Assembly (NCBI GenBank): GCA_902800645.1
Contig: CADCFC010000003.1
Coordinates: 1,598-65,597, forward strand
From: an uncultured Erysipelotrichaceae bacterium
GTDB taxonomy: Bacteria > Bacillota_I > Bacilli_A > RFN20 > CAG-826
Length of the DNA stretch: 64,000 nucleotides
Direction of reading: 5' to 3'
Under the pieces are notes generated by a model that saw nothing but the letters and a program-made list of their open reading frames with translations, did not search any database and had not been told where the DNA came from. Of the stretch, positions 43,955 to 53,049 are shown one piece after another; within the stretch, counting starts at the first letter, position 1, and the number at the start of each line of letters is the position of its first letter. A program made the position numbers and the translations under genes.

Positions 43955-44659
43955 CTATTTAACGTTATGATAAACGTTTTGGACGTCTTGAAGCTCATCA
44001 AGCATGTCACATAGCTCATCAAATTTTCTTTGATCTTCAGGATCAGTGATCTCAATTGGATCATTTGCTAAGAAGGTAATTTCAGCGGTTTCAAATTCTG
44101 TAATACCCATTCCATTAAGAACTTCTCTAGCTTGTCCAAATGCGGTTGGTTCAACAAGAACTTCAATCATTCCATCTTCTTCAGTTACTTCTCTAACGTC
44201 AACATCACTTAAGATAAGAGTTTCTTCGACTTCATCACGGTTAGTGCCATTGAAATCAAAGACACCAGTTTCAGTGAAGTTAAAGATAGTAGAACCTAAG
44301 TGACCACCTTTTTTAGTAACAGCAGTACGAACTTCCACTAAAGCACGATTAGTGTTATCGGTTAAGGTATCAATAATAAATAAACTTCCACCTGGACCAA
44401 ACGCTTCATATCTACCAGTTTCATAACTTTCAGCAGATCCACCTTTAGCCTTTTGGATTGCTCTTTCAATAACATCTTTAGTGACGTGTTGAGATTTCCA
44501 TTTTTCAATCGCAGAGCGTAACGCTAAGTTACTATCTGGATCAGGAACTCCACTTTTCGCAGCCATATAAATTTCTTTACTGGCTCTCATAAATAATGCA
44601 CTTCTAGCAGCTGCAGTAGCCGCCATTGCTTTAGCTCTTACTTCGTGTGCTCTTCCCAT
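43955..44659 (-). CDS. yebC: YebC/PmpR family DNA-binding regulator
   Basis: MGRAHEVRAKAMAATAAARSALFMRASKEIYMAAKSGVPDPDSNLALRSAIEKWKSQHVTKDVIERAI. Confidence 0.85.
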   Translation of the reverse strand: MGRAHEVRAKAMAATAAARSALFMRASKEIYMAAKSGVPDPDSNLALRSAIEKWKSQHVTKDVIERAIQKAKGGSAESYETGRYEAFGPGGSLFIIDTLTDNTNRALVEVRTAVTKKGGHLGSTIFNFTETGVFDFNGTNRDEVEETLILSDVDVREVTEEDGMIEVLVEPTAFGQAREVLNGMGITEFETAEITFLANDPIEITDPEDQRKFDELCDMLDELQDVQNVYHNVK

Positions 44660-44758
44660 AATATAAAACCTTCTTTTATATAAATTTCCTTAAAATAATA
44701 TCACAATGTCTTTTTTCTGTTAATAAATAAGTAAGAAACACGCGCGTGCGAAGATTTG

Positions 44759-45085
44759 TTAACGATCATATCTTTTTATTAGTTTGTCAATCTCTTTTAT
44801 CTCTTTAAGATACATTCTTTTTCTTTTTTCTAAAGCTTTTCTATTTTGAATATCAAGTTTAATTCTATCAATTTTTTCCTTGCTTAAATCTTTTCCTAAA
44901 TACAAAGAAACAGTCTTACCGTGGTCATAGTATTTTAAGTAAAAATAATTATTAATAACAAACAACGAACCTTTTCTATATTTGGGTATACGTTCATCAA
45001 TTCGCTCAATAAGTGAAACCAAATTCTCTTTAACTAGTTTAAGTTCGAAAGCAATATCTTTTCTATACATAAATTTATTGTACAA
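44759..45085 (-). CDS. Hypothetical basic 108-aa protein
   Basis: ORF only, inserted between truA and yebC. It has a Lys/Arg-rich helical tail. Confidence 0.45.
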   Translation of the reverse strand: MYNKFMYRKDIAFELKLVKENLVSLIERIDERIPKYRKGSLFVINNYFYLKYYDHGKTVSLYLGKDLSKEKIDRIKLDIQNRKALEKRKRMYLKEIKEIDKLIKRYDR

Positions 45086-45123
45086 GGTTTATTAAGATTA
45101 GCAACATTTCTTGTACAAAGATT

Positions 45124-45870
45124 TTAGTATTCAACATCCACTAAAGTTAAACCTTGTGGAGGAGCTTTAAAAGCAACAACATTTCTAGGCGCATTATCAT
45201 CTAATAATTCATCAATAATTAAAGGTGAAAGATCTTTGTCAACAATTCTAATAGACATACCGACAATAAGGCGAACCATATATCTCATAAATCCATTACC
45301 TTTTAAGATGATATAGATTAATCCATTATTTTCATTAACTTCTATTGAATATATTTCTCTAATAAAATTGTCTTTATCTTCTTCTTTCGAAGTGAAGTTT
45401 TTAAAGTTATGAACACCAACAAAGTGGGTTAGTGTTTCTCTTAATTTATCAATATTAATTTTATTAGGATGAAGGAACGTTGTTTCATATAAAAAAGGAT
45501 CTTTACTATCTTCCAAAATGCAATATGAATAAGTTTTACTTTTAGCGGAAAATCTCGCGTGAAATGATTCGTCAACTTCTTCAATATCATCTATTTTAAT
45601 ATCGTTTGGTAACATTTGATTTATTGAATAAATTAAACGATCTAAATCAACTTCATCAACATCAATATCAAAATGGAATTTTTGACCAAAAGCGTGCACT
45701 CCAGCGTCAGTTCTTCCCGCTCCATAAATCGTAATTTCACGATTAAAATATTGAGATAATTTATCTTCGATTACTTCTTGAACAGTGATGACATTTGGCT
45801 GTCTTTGCCAGCCGAAGTAATTTGTTCCTTTATAGTACACACTTGCAAATAATCTCATAAAATTCTCCAC
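45124..45870 (-). CDS. truA: tRNA pseudouridine(38-40) synthase
   Basis: YYKGTNYFGWQRQPN...GAGRTDAGVHAFGQKFHFD. The true start may be the MRLF Met at 45858. Confidence 0.9.
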   Translation of the reverse strand: MENFMRLFASVYYKGTNYFGWQRQPNVITVQEVIEDKLSQYFNREITIYGAGRTDAGVHAFGQKFHFDIDVDEVDLDRLIYSINQMLPNDIKIDDIEEVDESFHARFSAKSKTYSYCILEDSKDPFLYETTFLHPNKINIDKLRETLTHFVGVHNFKNFTSKEEDKDNFIREIYSIEVNENNGLIYIILKGNGFMRYMVRLIVGMSIRIVDKDLSPLIIDELLDDNAPRNVVAFKAPPQGLTLVDVEY

Positions 45871-46754
45871 TAAAATAAAGGTTTTGCACCAAAAATCCAG
45901 TAGATGAAGTCAATTTTAATAATATAACCATCATAAATTCGTAAAGTTAAGAAGCCTGCAAAAATCGCTCCAACAATAATAAAAGCGAATAAATCAGAAA
46001 GGTGGAACTTTAATACACGATATCTGCTTCGCTTCGCATATGGATCATATCCTCTAGCTTCCATCGCGTTAGAAAGCTCTTCACTACGAGAGATCGCACT
46101 TACAAATAAAGGAATAATTAAAGAGATAATCGCTCCCACTCTTTTAAATAAGCCTCCGCGATTAAAATCAACGCCTCTACTCGCTTGAGCTTTCATAATA
46201 CGTTGTGTCTCATCAAGTAAAGTAGGAATAAATCTTAAAGCAATGCTTAAAGTCATTGCTACGATATGAGCGGGGAATTTAACTAGTTTTAATGGCGTCA
46301 TATACCACTCTAAAGCATAGGTTAAATCCATAGGTGAAGTAGTACTAGTTAAAATCATGGTAATCATCACCATTAAAATAAGTCGGAAAATGATATAACC
46401 GCTCTGATAAAAAGCGTCATAATTAACTCCATACGTTCCTATATAAAAAGCAATATGATTTGGATTATAACTTGGATTAGGAATAAAAACATAAATCACC
46501 ATTAAGATGATAATTAAAAACCACATTGTGGAAAGTGATTTAAATAAATCTAAAAATCTAATCTTACTGATAATCATGACGATTACTAAAAATAAGAAAA
46601 TGAATCCAGTTAATATTAAAGTTGTTGACCAGCTATCTACTTTTAAAAAGATAGAAACCATAAGTAAAAGCATCATAAAGATCTTGTTTCTTGGATCTAA
46701 ACGATGGACACAAGTATTAAAAGGAGAATATCGACCAAATGTTAAATTATTCAT
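45870..46754 (-). CDS. ecfT: ECF transporter transmembrane (T) component
   Basis: CVHRLDPRNKIFMMLLLMV... and the ARG motif region MEARGYD. Synteny with ecfA1-ecfA2. Confidence 0.9.
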   Translation of the reverse strand: MNNLTFGRYSPFNTCVHRLDPRNKIFMMLLLMVSIFLKVDSWSTTLILTGFIFLFLVIVMIISKIRFLDLFKSLSTMWFLIIILMVIYVFIPNPSYNPNHIAFYIGTYGVNYDAFYQSGYIIFRLILMVMITMILTSTTSPMDLTYALEWYMTPLKLVKFPAHIVAMTLSIALRFIPTLLDETQRIMKAQASRGVDFNRGGLFKRVGAIISLIIPLFVSAISRSEELSNAMEARGYDPYAKRSRYRVLKFHLSDLFAFIIVGAIFAGFLTLRIYDGYIIKIDFIYWIFGAKPLF

Positions 46755-47596
46755 TTGATCTCCTTTAGTTGATTAATTAAATCATCAACATTTTTAATCT
46801 TCTCAATATCGATATTTAATTGATGCTCTTTAAGTAATAAAGCAAATTTAAATAATTCTGGTATTTCAATTGAATAGTTAGAAACATCTCTAGTAAATAG
46901 TTCACTAGGAGTGCCTTTAAAAGACAAAGTACTATCATTTAAAACAATTACGTAATCACTATGGTTTAAAACAATATTCATATCATGGGTAACTAGAATT
47001 ATTGTTTTGCCATTACGATTAAGTTCTTTAATTAAATTTAAAATTAACTCACTCCCTTTAGGGTCAAGTCCCGCGGTAGGTTCGTCTAATATTAATATTT
47101 CTGGATCGATCGCTAATATGCCTGCGATTGCTACTCTTCTCTTTTCTCCTCCAGATAGTTCAAATGGAGAACGTTTATAAAATGATTTATCAAGTCCTAC
47201 TTCTTTTAAAGCAAGATGAGCTTTTTCTATCGATTCATTTTCTTTAAGTCCATAGTTTTTAAGTCCAAAGGCTACATCTTTTTCTACTGTCTCTTCAAAA
47301 AGTTGATATTCAGGGAATTGGAAAACAATAGAAACATGTTTTCTAAGGTCTTTGATTCTTTTATTCTTTCTTTTTTCACTCGTAACTTTAAAGTCATCAA
47401 TTTCTAAAAAGCCACTATCAGGGAGAAGCAAGCCATTTAACATTTGAATTAAAGTAGATTTTCCGCTACCGGTGTGACCAATAATAGAAGTAATCTTACC
47501 TTTAGGTATTTCAAAAGAAACATGGTCGAGTGCCTTCACTTCATTAGGAGTCTTTTTTAAATAAGAGAAAGATACGTCATTTATTTTGATTGCCAT
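46751..47596 (-). CDS. ecfA2: ECF transporter ATPase component 2
   Basis: GHTGSGKSTL, LSGGEKRRVAIAGILA, ILILDEPTAGLD. It is second in the operon. Confidence 0.9.
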   Translation of the reverse strand: MAIKINDVSFSYLKKTPNEVKALDHVSFEIPKGKITSIIGHTGSGKSTLIQMLNGLLLPDSGFLEIDDFKVTSEKRKNKRIKDLRKHVSIVFQFPEYQLFEETVEKDVAFGLKNYGLKENESIEKAHLALKEVGLDKSFYKRSPFELSGGEKRRVAIAGILAIDPEILILDEPTAGLDPKGSELILNLIKELNRNGKTIILVTHDMNIVLNHSDYVIVLNDSTLSFKGTPSELFTRDVSNYSIEIPELFKFALLLKEHQLNIDIEKIKNVDDLINQLKEIK

Positions 47597-48402
47597 ATCT
47601 TTTCTCCAATCTCATTTAATGAAGAAGAATCATCAATATCATATCCGAGATCTTTTAATCTCATCTTTAGCTCAACAATAAAAGGAACAGAGAGATTATA
47701 TTTTTTAATTATCTCTCTATTTTTAAATAATTCATTAGGTAAACAAGAAAGCACTATTTCACCTTCATTAAGTAAAATAATACGGTCGCTTAAATAAGCT
47801 TCTTCAATATCGTGAGTAATAGAAATAATAGTTAAAGAAGGATTCTCTTTTCGCATTTCTCTAACTAAAGAAAGAATCTCAGCTTTACCATTAGGATCAA
47901 GCATAGAAGTAGCTTCATCTAAAATTAAGATATCAGGTCTTCTAATTAAAGCGTCAGCGATCGCCACTCTTTGTTTTTGTCCACCAGAAAGATAAGAAGG
48001 TTCTTTATTTAAGAATTCAAGCATCCCCACCTTTTTAGCGTATTCCCTTACTAGAGGAATCATTTCATTTCTAGGAACATTATCATTTTCTAAAGAGAAG
48101 GCGATATCATCTTCAACAGTAACACCAATAAATTGATTATCAGGGTTTTGGAAAACAATCGCCACTTTATGACGAATATCATTTAACGTGTCTTTATTTA
48201 GTTCCACTCCATCAATAATGATTGAGCCACTATTTTTTTCTAATAAACCAATCATGAGTTTGCATAATGTCGATTTTCCTGAGCCATTATGCCCCACGAT
48301 TGATACATATTCACCTTTATCAATAGTTAAAGATAAATCTTTAATAACAGGTGTATTAACGTTATATGAATAGTTTAAGTTTTTAATTTCGACGCTTTTC
48401 AC
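47581..48402 (-). CDS. ecfA1: ECF transporter ATPase component 1
   Basis: GHNGSGKSTL, LSGGQKQRVAIADAL, ILILDEATSMLD. Confidence 0.9.
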   Translation of the reverse strand: MKSVEIKNLNYSYNVNTPVIKDLSLTIDKGEYVSIVGHNGSGKSTLCKLMIGLLEKNSGSIIIDGVELNKDTLNDIRHKVAIVFQNPDNQFIGVTVEDDIAFSLENDNVPRNEMIPLVREYAKKVGMLEFLNKEPSYLSGGQKQRVAIADALIRRPDILILDEATSMLDPNGKAEILSLVREMRKENPSLTIISITHDIEEAYLSDRIILLNEGEIVLSCLPNELFKNREIIKKYNLSVPFIVELKMRLKDLGYDIDDSSSLNEIGEKIWQSK

Positions 48403-48428
48403 GTCGCTTATTATACACGATATTTTGA

Positions 48429-49034
48429 TTATTCTTTAGAATTATACAAAATATTTATCACTTTCGCTTTAACGCTATTGATTCTTCTTCTAATAGTAGC
48501 TTCTTTAAGATGAAACAGATTCACTAATTGAGCGATTGAATATCCTTCAAAATAAAATAGTTCAAATTGAACTACATATTCTTTTCTTAAATCACTTTTA
48601 GGATCATGAAGAATCTTCTTAATAAAGTCTAATTCGATTTTCGCGTTAACTTCTCTTTTAACATCATCCTCACTAGCGAGCACTCCTTCAATTTCATCAA
48701 CGCTCCCTAGATAATAGAACGCTCTCTTATTTTCATAAAAGAGGAGATTATTTTTAACCATAGCAATAATCTCATTTTTAGCAATCACATTAAAATAAGA
48801 TTTAAAGTGATTACCGTTTAAATCAAATTTCTTTGCTGCGTTAAATAAGGTGAAATAAAGAGTTGAAACAACTTCATCAAAATCTAAATCGCAAATATAC
48901 CCATATTCGCATTTTGAAGAATTAGCGATTTTGAAAATAATGCCTTTATATCTTTCTAAAAGCAAATTAAAAGCGGAGTTATCTCCACTTTGAAAAGATT
49001 TAACTAATTCTTCATCAGTCTTTTTTGGTTCCAT
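48429..49034 (-). CDS. Sigma-70 family factor, SigH-like by synteny (cysS-rlmB-sigma)
   Basis: The N-terminal LVKSFQSGDNSAFNLLLERYKGIIFKIA is region-2-like. The C-terminal GYSIAQLVNLFHLKEATIRRRINSVKAKV is a region-4 HTH. Confidence 0.6.
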   Translation of the reverse strand: MEPKKTDEELVKSFQSGDNSAFNLLLERYKGIIFKIANSSKCEYGYICDLDFDEVVSTLYFTLFNAAKKFDLNGNHFKSYFNVIAKNEIIAMVKNNLLFYENKRAFYYLGSVDEIEGVLASEDDVKREVNAKIELDFIKKILHDPKSDLRKEYVVQFELFYFEGYSIAQLVNLFHLKEATIRRRINSVKAKVINILYNSKE

Positions 49035-49078
49035 AAAAAAACCTCCTAGTTTCTTAGGAGAAATCTTTTAGGAGGTTT
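49035..49078 (-). terminator. Hairpin plus U-run after rlmB whose 3' arm is the Shine-Dalgarno of the sigma gene
   Basis: Minus strand: AAACCTCCTA-N20-TAGGAGGTTT-TTTT-ATG. It is a 10-bp perfect stem, and the GGAGG sits 7 nt before the sigma ATG. Confidence 0.5.
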
Positions 49079-49086
49079 CTTACGCT

Positions 49087-49815
49087 TTAATTGGAACGAA
49101 TTCTAGCAAGGAGTATACCGCACGCCACAGAAGCATTGAGTGAATTGACATGTCCATATTGAGGGATCTTCACTACGTAATCAGAATTCTTGATTACGAG
49201 AGGAGAAACACCATTACCTTCACTACCAACCACCAAGGCAACAGGAAAATCGTACTTAATTTTTGAATAATCAAGTGTGGCGCTCCCATCAGTAGAAACA
49301 ATCCAGAATCCATTATCTTTTAATTTCTGAATAGTTTGATTGACACTACCGATTTGAGCAACTGGAACATAATTAATTGCACCAGCGCTAGATTTCGCTA
49401 CAGTCGCATTCAAAGGAACTTGATTATGTTTTGAAATAAGAACTCCGGTAACATTAAAGACATCACAGCATCTTAATATTGCACCAAGATTATGGGTGTC
49501 GTTAATTCCATCTAAAATGACGATAACAGGGACTTCTACTTTTCTAGATCGACGAATAATTTCATCTAAATCAAGGTACTCATAAGGCTTTATTTCTGCC
49601 GCGATTCCTTGATGAACTCCGCCTTTAGACATAGAAGATAATTCGCCCTCTTTAACTACTTTAATAAGAGGTTTATATTCTTTGAAAAGTTGGTTAATTT
49701 CTTTATCGGAAAAATTCGGTAGAATAAAGACCTTAGTAACGCGATTAGAGCGTAAAGCCTCCTTTACTGGATTTCTCCCAAAAATAAGACCATTATGTTC
49801 GTTAGAATTCTTCAT
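49087..49815 (-). CDS. rlmB: TrmH-family 23S rRNA 2'-O-methyltransferase (RlmB-like)
   Basis: The SpoU fold tail is LVVGSEGNGVSPLV...IPQYGHVNSLNASVACGILL. There is an N-terminal substrate-binding domain. Confidence 0.85.
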   Translation of the reverse strand: MKNSNEHNGLIFGRNPVKEALRSNRVTKVFILPNFSDKEINQLFKEYKPLIKVVKEGELSSMSKGGVHQGIAAEIKPYEYLDLDEIIRRSRKVEVPVIVILDGINDTHNLGAILRCCDVFNVTGVLISKHNQVPLNATVAKSSAGAINYVPVAQIGSVNQTIQKLKDNGFWIVSTDGSATLDYSKIKYDFPVALVVGSEGNGVSPLVIKNSDYVVKIPQYGHVNSLNASVACGILLARIRSN

Positions 49816-49823
49816 ATTTCCTC

Positions 49824-51161
49824 CTACATAATGCCTAAATCTATAAGTTCTTGACGGAGAATATCTGATTGTTCAAAGTTTTTATTTTCTCGAGATTCGA
49901 GGTATTTTTGATATAATTTTTTATCGTTTTCAGTCATTTTCACGTATTTAATATCTAAGCCTAAAATGGAGAACATATCTTCTAAAGTCTTTAAAATATT
50001 ATTTAAGTCAACAAGGTCTACTTCTTTAGATCTAACAAGTTGATTGCCCTTCTTAATTACTTCATACATCTCGCTTAACGCGTTTGCAGTATTTAAGTCG
50101 TCCGCTAAAGAGGATAAGAAACATTCAATGTAGGTTGGCTTACCTTCGCTTAAATTAACATCATTGCTTTGAAGTTTTAAAGCTATTTGTTTTATTGCCA
50201 TACTCATTTTATTTACTTCTTGAATCGCCGCGTTAACAGTCTCTTCAGTAAAGTTAACTGGTTGACGATAGTGAGCGCTTAAAATAACAAGACGAGTAAC
50301 GGGTCCGCCATATTTTTCAATCATGTCTTTCGCGTAGACGACATTACCTAAGCTCTTAGACATCTTTTCATTTCCAAAATTAATGAAAGCGTTATGAATC
50401 CAATATTTCGCAATTTTATTTCCATGAGTGGCTTCACTTTGTGCAATTTCATTTTCATGATGTGGGAATTTTAAATCGTATCCACCACCATGAATATCGA
50501 TATAGTGTTCTGGGAATATTGTGTCGATCATGACGCAGCATTCAGTGTGCCAACCAGGCCTACCATTTCCCCACGGAGAAGGCCAGTTAATGCCTTCACT
50601 AGTTTTCTTCCATAAAGCAAAATCTAAAGGAGATTCTTTTTGAGAATTCTCTTCGATTCTCGCTCCAACAATTAAGTCATCAATATTAATGCCGCTTAAA
50701 GAACCATAATCTTTAATTTTGTTTACTCTAAAATAGACATCTCCATCAATAACGTACGCTGCACCTATTTTTACTAAATTATCAACATAAGAAATGATCT
50801 TATTAATATATTCAGTTACTTTAGGGGTAATTGAAGGAATATCACTTCCGATAGCCCTAGTGGCCTTTTTAAATTCTTGAATATAGAATTCAGTTAATTC
50901 TTTTTCAGTTTTGTTTTCTTTCTTTGCTTCTTTAATGATTTTGTCATCAACATCAGTAAAGTTAGAAACATATGTAACTTTATAGCCAACATAAGTTAAA
51001 AACTTTCTAAGAACATCAAAAACCACAACAGGACGCATATTTCCTATATGAGGATAGTTATAGACTGTTGGTCCACAAACATACATTGAAACTTCCCCTT
51101 TTTTAAGAGGAATAAATGGTTCAATTTTATTTGATAATGAGTTATATATTTTAATTTCCAT
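49824..51161 (-). CDS. cysS: Cysteinyl-tRNA synthetase
   Basis: MYVCGPTVYNYPHIGN (HIGH motif), KMSKSLGN, WHTECC. Confidence 0.95.
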   Translation of the reverse strand: MEIKIYNSLSNKIEPFIPLKKGEVSMYVCGPTVYNYPHIGNMRPVVVFDVLRKFLTYVGYKVTYVSNFTDVDDKIIKEAKKENKTEKELTEFYIQEFKKATRAIGSDIPSITPKVTEYINKIISYVDNLVKIGAAYVIDGDVYFRVNKIKDYGSLSGINIDDLIVGARIEENSQKESPLDFALWKKTSEGINWPSPWGNGRPGWHTECCVMIDTIFPEHYIDIHGGGYDLKFPHHENEIAQSEATHGNKIAKYWIHNAFINFGNEKMSKSLGNVVYAKDMIEKYGGPVTRLVILSAHYRQPVNFTEETVNAAIQEVNKMSMAIKQIALKLQSNDVNLSEGKPTYIECFLSSLADDLNTANALSEMYEVIKKGNQLVRSKEVDLVDLNNILKTLEDMFSILGLDIKYVKMTENDKKLYQKYLESRENKNFEQSDILRQELIDLGIM

Positions 51162-51219
51162 AATTCAACAATGTGATTATAACACGATAATTAAATATTA
51201 TTTAATATATTAATAATAA

Positions 51220-51248
51220 TTTAAAAGGCCTATCAATTAAGATAGACC
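51220..51248 (-). terminator. Intrinsic terminator after hydA
   Basis: Minus strand: GGTCTATC-TTAATT-GATAGGCC (one wobble), then TTTTAAATT. Confidence 0.5.
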
Positions 51249-51268
51249 ATTTTAAGATATAAAGTTAA

Positions 51269-53032
51269 TTACTTAACATCAGGGAACTTTTCGCGATTTG
51301 CATTATAAGTTGTGTGTAATAACTCTTCTGCAATTTCACTACCAGGTTCACCGAGGAATTCTTTATAAAGCTTTTGAATGTCTTTATTGTTGTGAGATTG
51401 TCTAACAACTTGTCGCTCATCTTCACTATATAAGACACTCGCTCTTTTAGCCTTGTAAGTCTCTAAGATATTATCATCTTCATTTGGCAAGAAGAGAGGT
51501 TTAACAAATGGTTGACCACCACCGTTAATACATCCACCAGGACAGCCCATGATCTCAATAAAGGCATAATCACTCTTACCCGCTTTGACATCATCAAGTA
51601 ACTTCTTAGCATTGCTCATACCAGAAGTAACAGCGACTTTAATAACTGTTCCGTTAATATCAAGCGAAGCTTCTTTAACGCCTTCTAAGCCACGAACAGA
51701 TTCAAAAGCAATCTTTTCATGCTCTTTACCAGTGAGCCAATAATAAGCAGTTCTTAAGGCCGCTTCCATAACTCCACCAGTAACACCGAAGATAACACCC
51801 GCACCACTATATTCGCCGAGTAAATCATCATCAAATTCTTCTTCAGGGAGTCTAGCCCAATTAATACCATTACGTTTAATGAGTTTAGCGAGTTCTCTAG
51901 TAGTAAGAACTGCGTCGACGTCATTAGGCATCTCTTCTCTTTGTCTTTCATATTTTTTCGCAATACAAGGCATAATGGAAACGACAAAGATATCGTTAGG
52001 ATCAATCTCATGAGTTTTTGCGAAATATGACTTAATAATCGCACCCATCATCATATGTGGGGATTTGCAGCTAGAAACATGAGGAATGACTTCTGGATAA
52101 TAATATTCAAGATAATTAATCCATCCTGGAGAACAGGAAGTAATTTGAGGAAGAACACCTTTATTTTTGATTCTCATCATCAATTCATGAGCTTCTTCCA
52201 TAATGGTTAAGTCGGCGGCAAAGTTTGTATCAAAGACACGGTAGAAACCAAGTCTATGAAGCGCGGCAACCATTTTACCAGTACCAGGAGTACCAATTCT
52301 TTCACCGAACTCTTCAGCGATAGCCGCTCTAACAGCAGGAGCGGTTTGAACAATGACTTTCTTACCCGCTTTCATCGCCGCGTCAACTTTATCAATTTCA
52401 GAGTGCTCCATTAAAGCACCAGTAGGACAGACGTTAACACATTGACCACATTGAATACATGGAGAAGTAGCAAAGCTACGATTTCCAACAGGAGAGACAA
52501 TCGTCTTAAATCCTCTATTTTCAAAACCTAAGATAGAAATACCTTGGGCTTCTTTACATCTTTCAATACATCTACCACAAAGAATACATTTAGAAGTGTC
52601 TCTAATTAAGCCTGGAGCAAGAGTGTCCAATGTTGAAGGAGTTTGTTCACCTTCATACATATGATCTCTAGCACCGACGAGTTTAGAAACTTCAAGTAAT
52701 TCACAGTGACCGTTTTTCTCACATTGTAAACAGTTTTTGTGATGGTTAGAAAGAATGAGTTCAACACTTGCTCTTCTCGCTTCAGTTGCTTTTTGAGAAG
52801 AGATAGTAATTTCCATTCCTTCCGCTACTGGATAAACACAGCTAGCGACAAGTCCACGTGCACCTTTAACTTCAACTAAACAAACTCTACAGCTTGCTCT
52901 AGAACATTTTCCGTTATTAAACGCACATAAAGAAGGAATGTTATATCCGCATTTTCTTGCGGCTTCTAAGATCGTAAGACCACTTTCAACTTGGTAAGCT
53001 TGGCCTTCAATTTTAATATTAACTAACGCCAT
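51269..53032 (-). CDS. hydA: [FeFe]-hydrogenase catalytic subunit
   Basis: An N-terminal 2Fe-2S ferredoxin domain plus Fe-S Cys clusters. H-cluster motifs are ITSCSPGW, MPCIAKKYE and EIMGCPGGCINGGGQP. Confidence 0.9.
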   Translation of the reverse strand: MALVNIKIEGQAYQVESGLTILEAARKCGYNIPSLCAFNNGKCSRASCRVCLVEVKGARGLVASCVYPVAEGMEITISSQKATEARRASVELILSNHHKNCLQCEKNGHCELLEVSKLVGARDHMYEGEQTPSTLDTLAPGLIRDTSKCILCGRCIERCKEAQGISILGFENRGFKTIVSPVGNRSFATSPCIQCGQCVNVCPTGALMEHSEIDKVDAAMKAGKKVIVQTAPAVRAAIAEEFGERIGTPGTGKMVAALHRLGFYRVFDTNFAADLTIMEEAHELMMRIKNKGVLPQITSCSPGWINYLEYYYPEVIPHVSSCKSPHMMMGAIIKSYFAKTHEIDPNDIFVVSIMPCIAKKYERQREEMPNDVDAVLTTRELAKLIKRNGINWARLPEEEFDDDLLGEYSGAGVIFGVTGGVMEAALRTAYYWLTGKEHEKIAFESVRGLEGVKEASLDINGTVIKVAVTSGMSNAKKLLDDVKAGKSDYAFIEIMGCPGGCINGGGQPFVKPLFLPNEDDNILETYKAKRASVLYSEDERQVVRQSHNNKDIQKLYKEFLGEPGSEIAEELLHTTYNANREKFPDVK

Positions 53033-53049
53033 AATAGTTGTCTCCTCTC

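Noticed and set aside
44739-44748. Perfect 10-nt palindrome CACGCGCGTG between the 108-aa gene and yebC
   Set aside because: It is too short to fold (a 2-nt loop) and is isolated. It could be a restriction or operator site, but nothing in the sequence supports a call.
51162-51268. T-box or other riboswitch upstream of cysS
   Set aside because: There are only ~107 nt of AT-rich spacer, most of it the hydA terminator. There is no specifier/T-box sequence.
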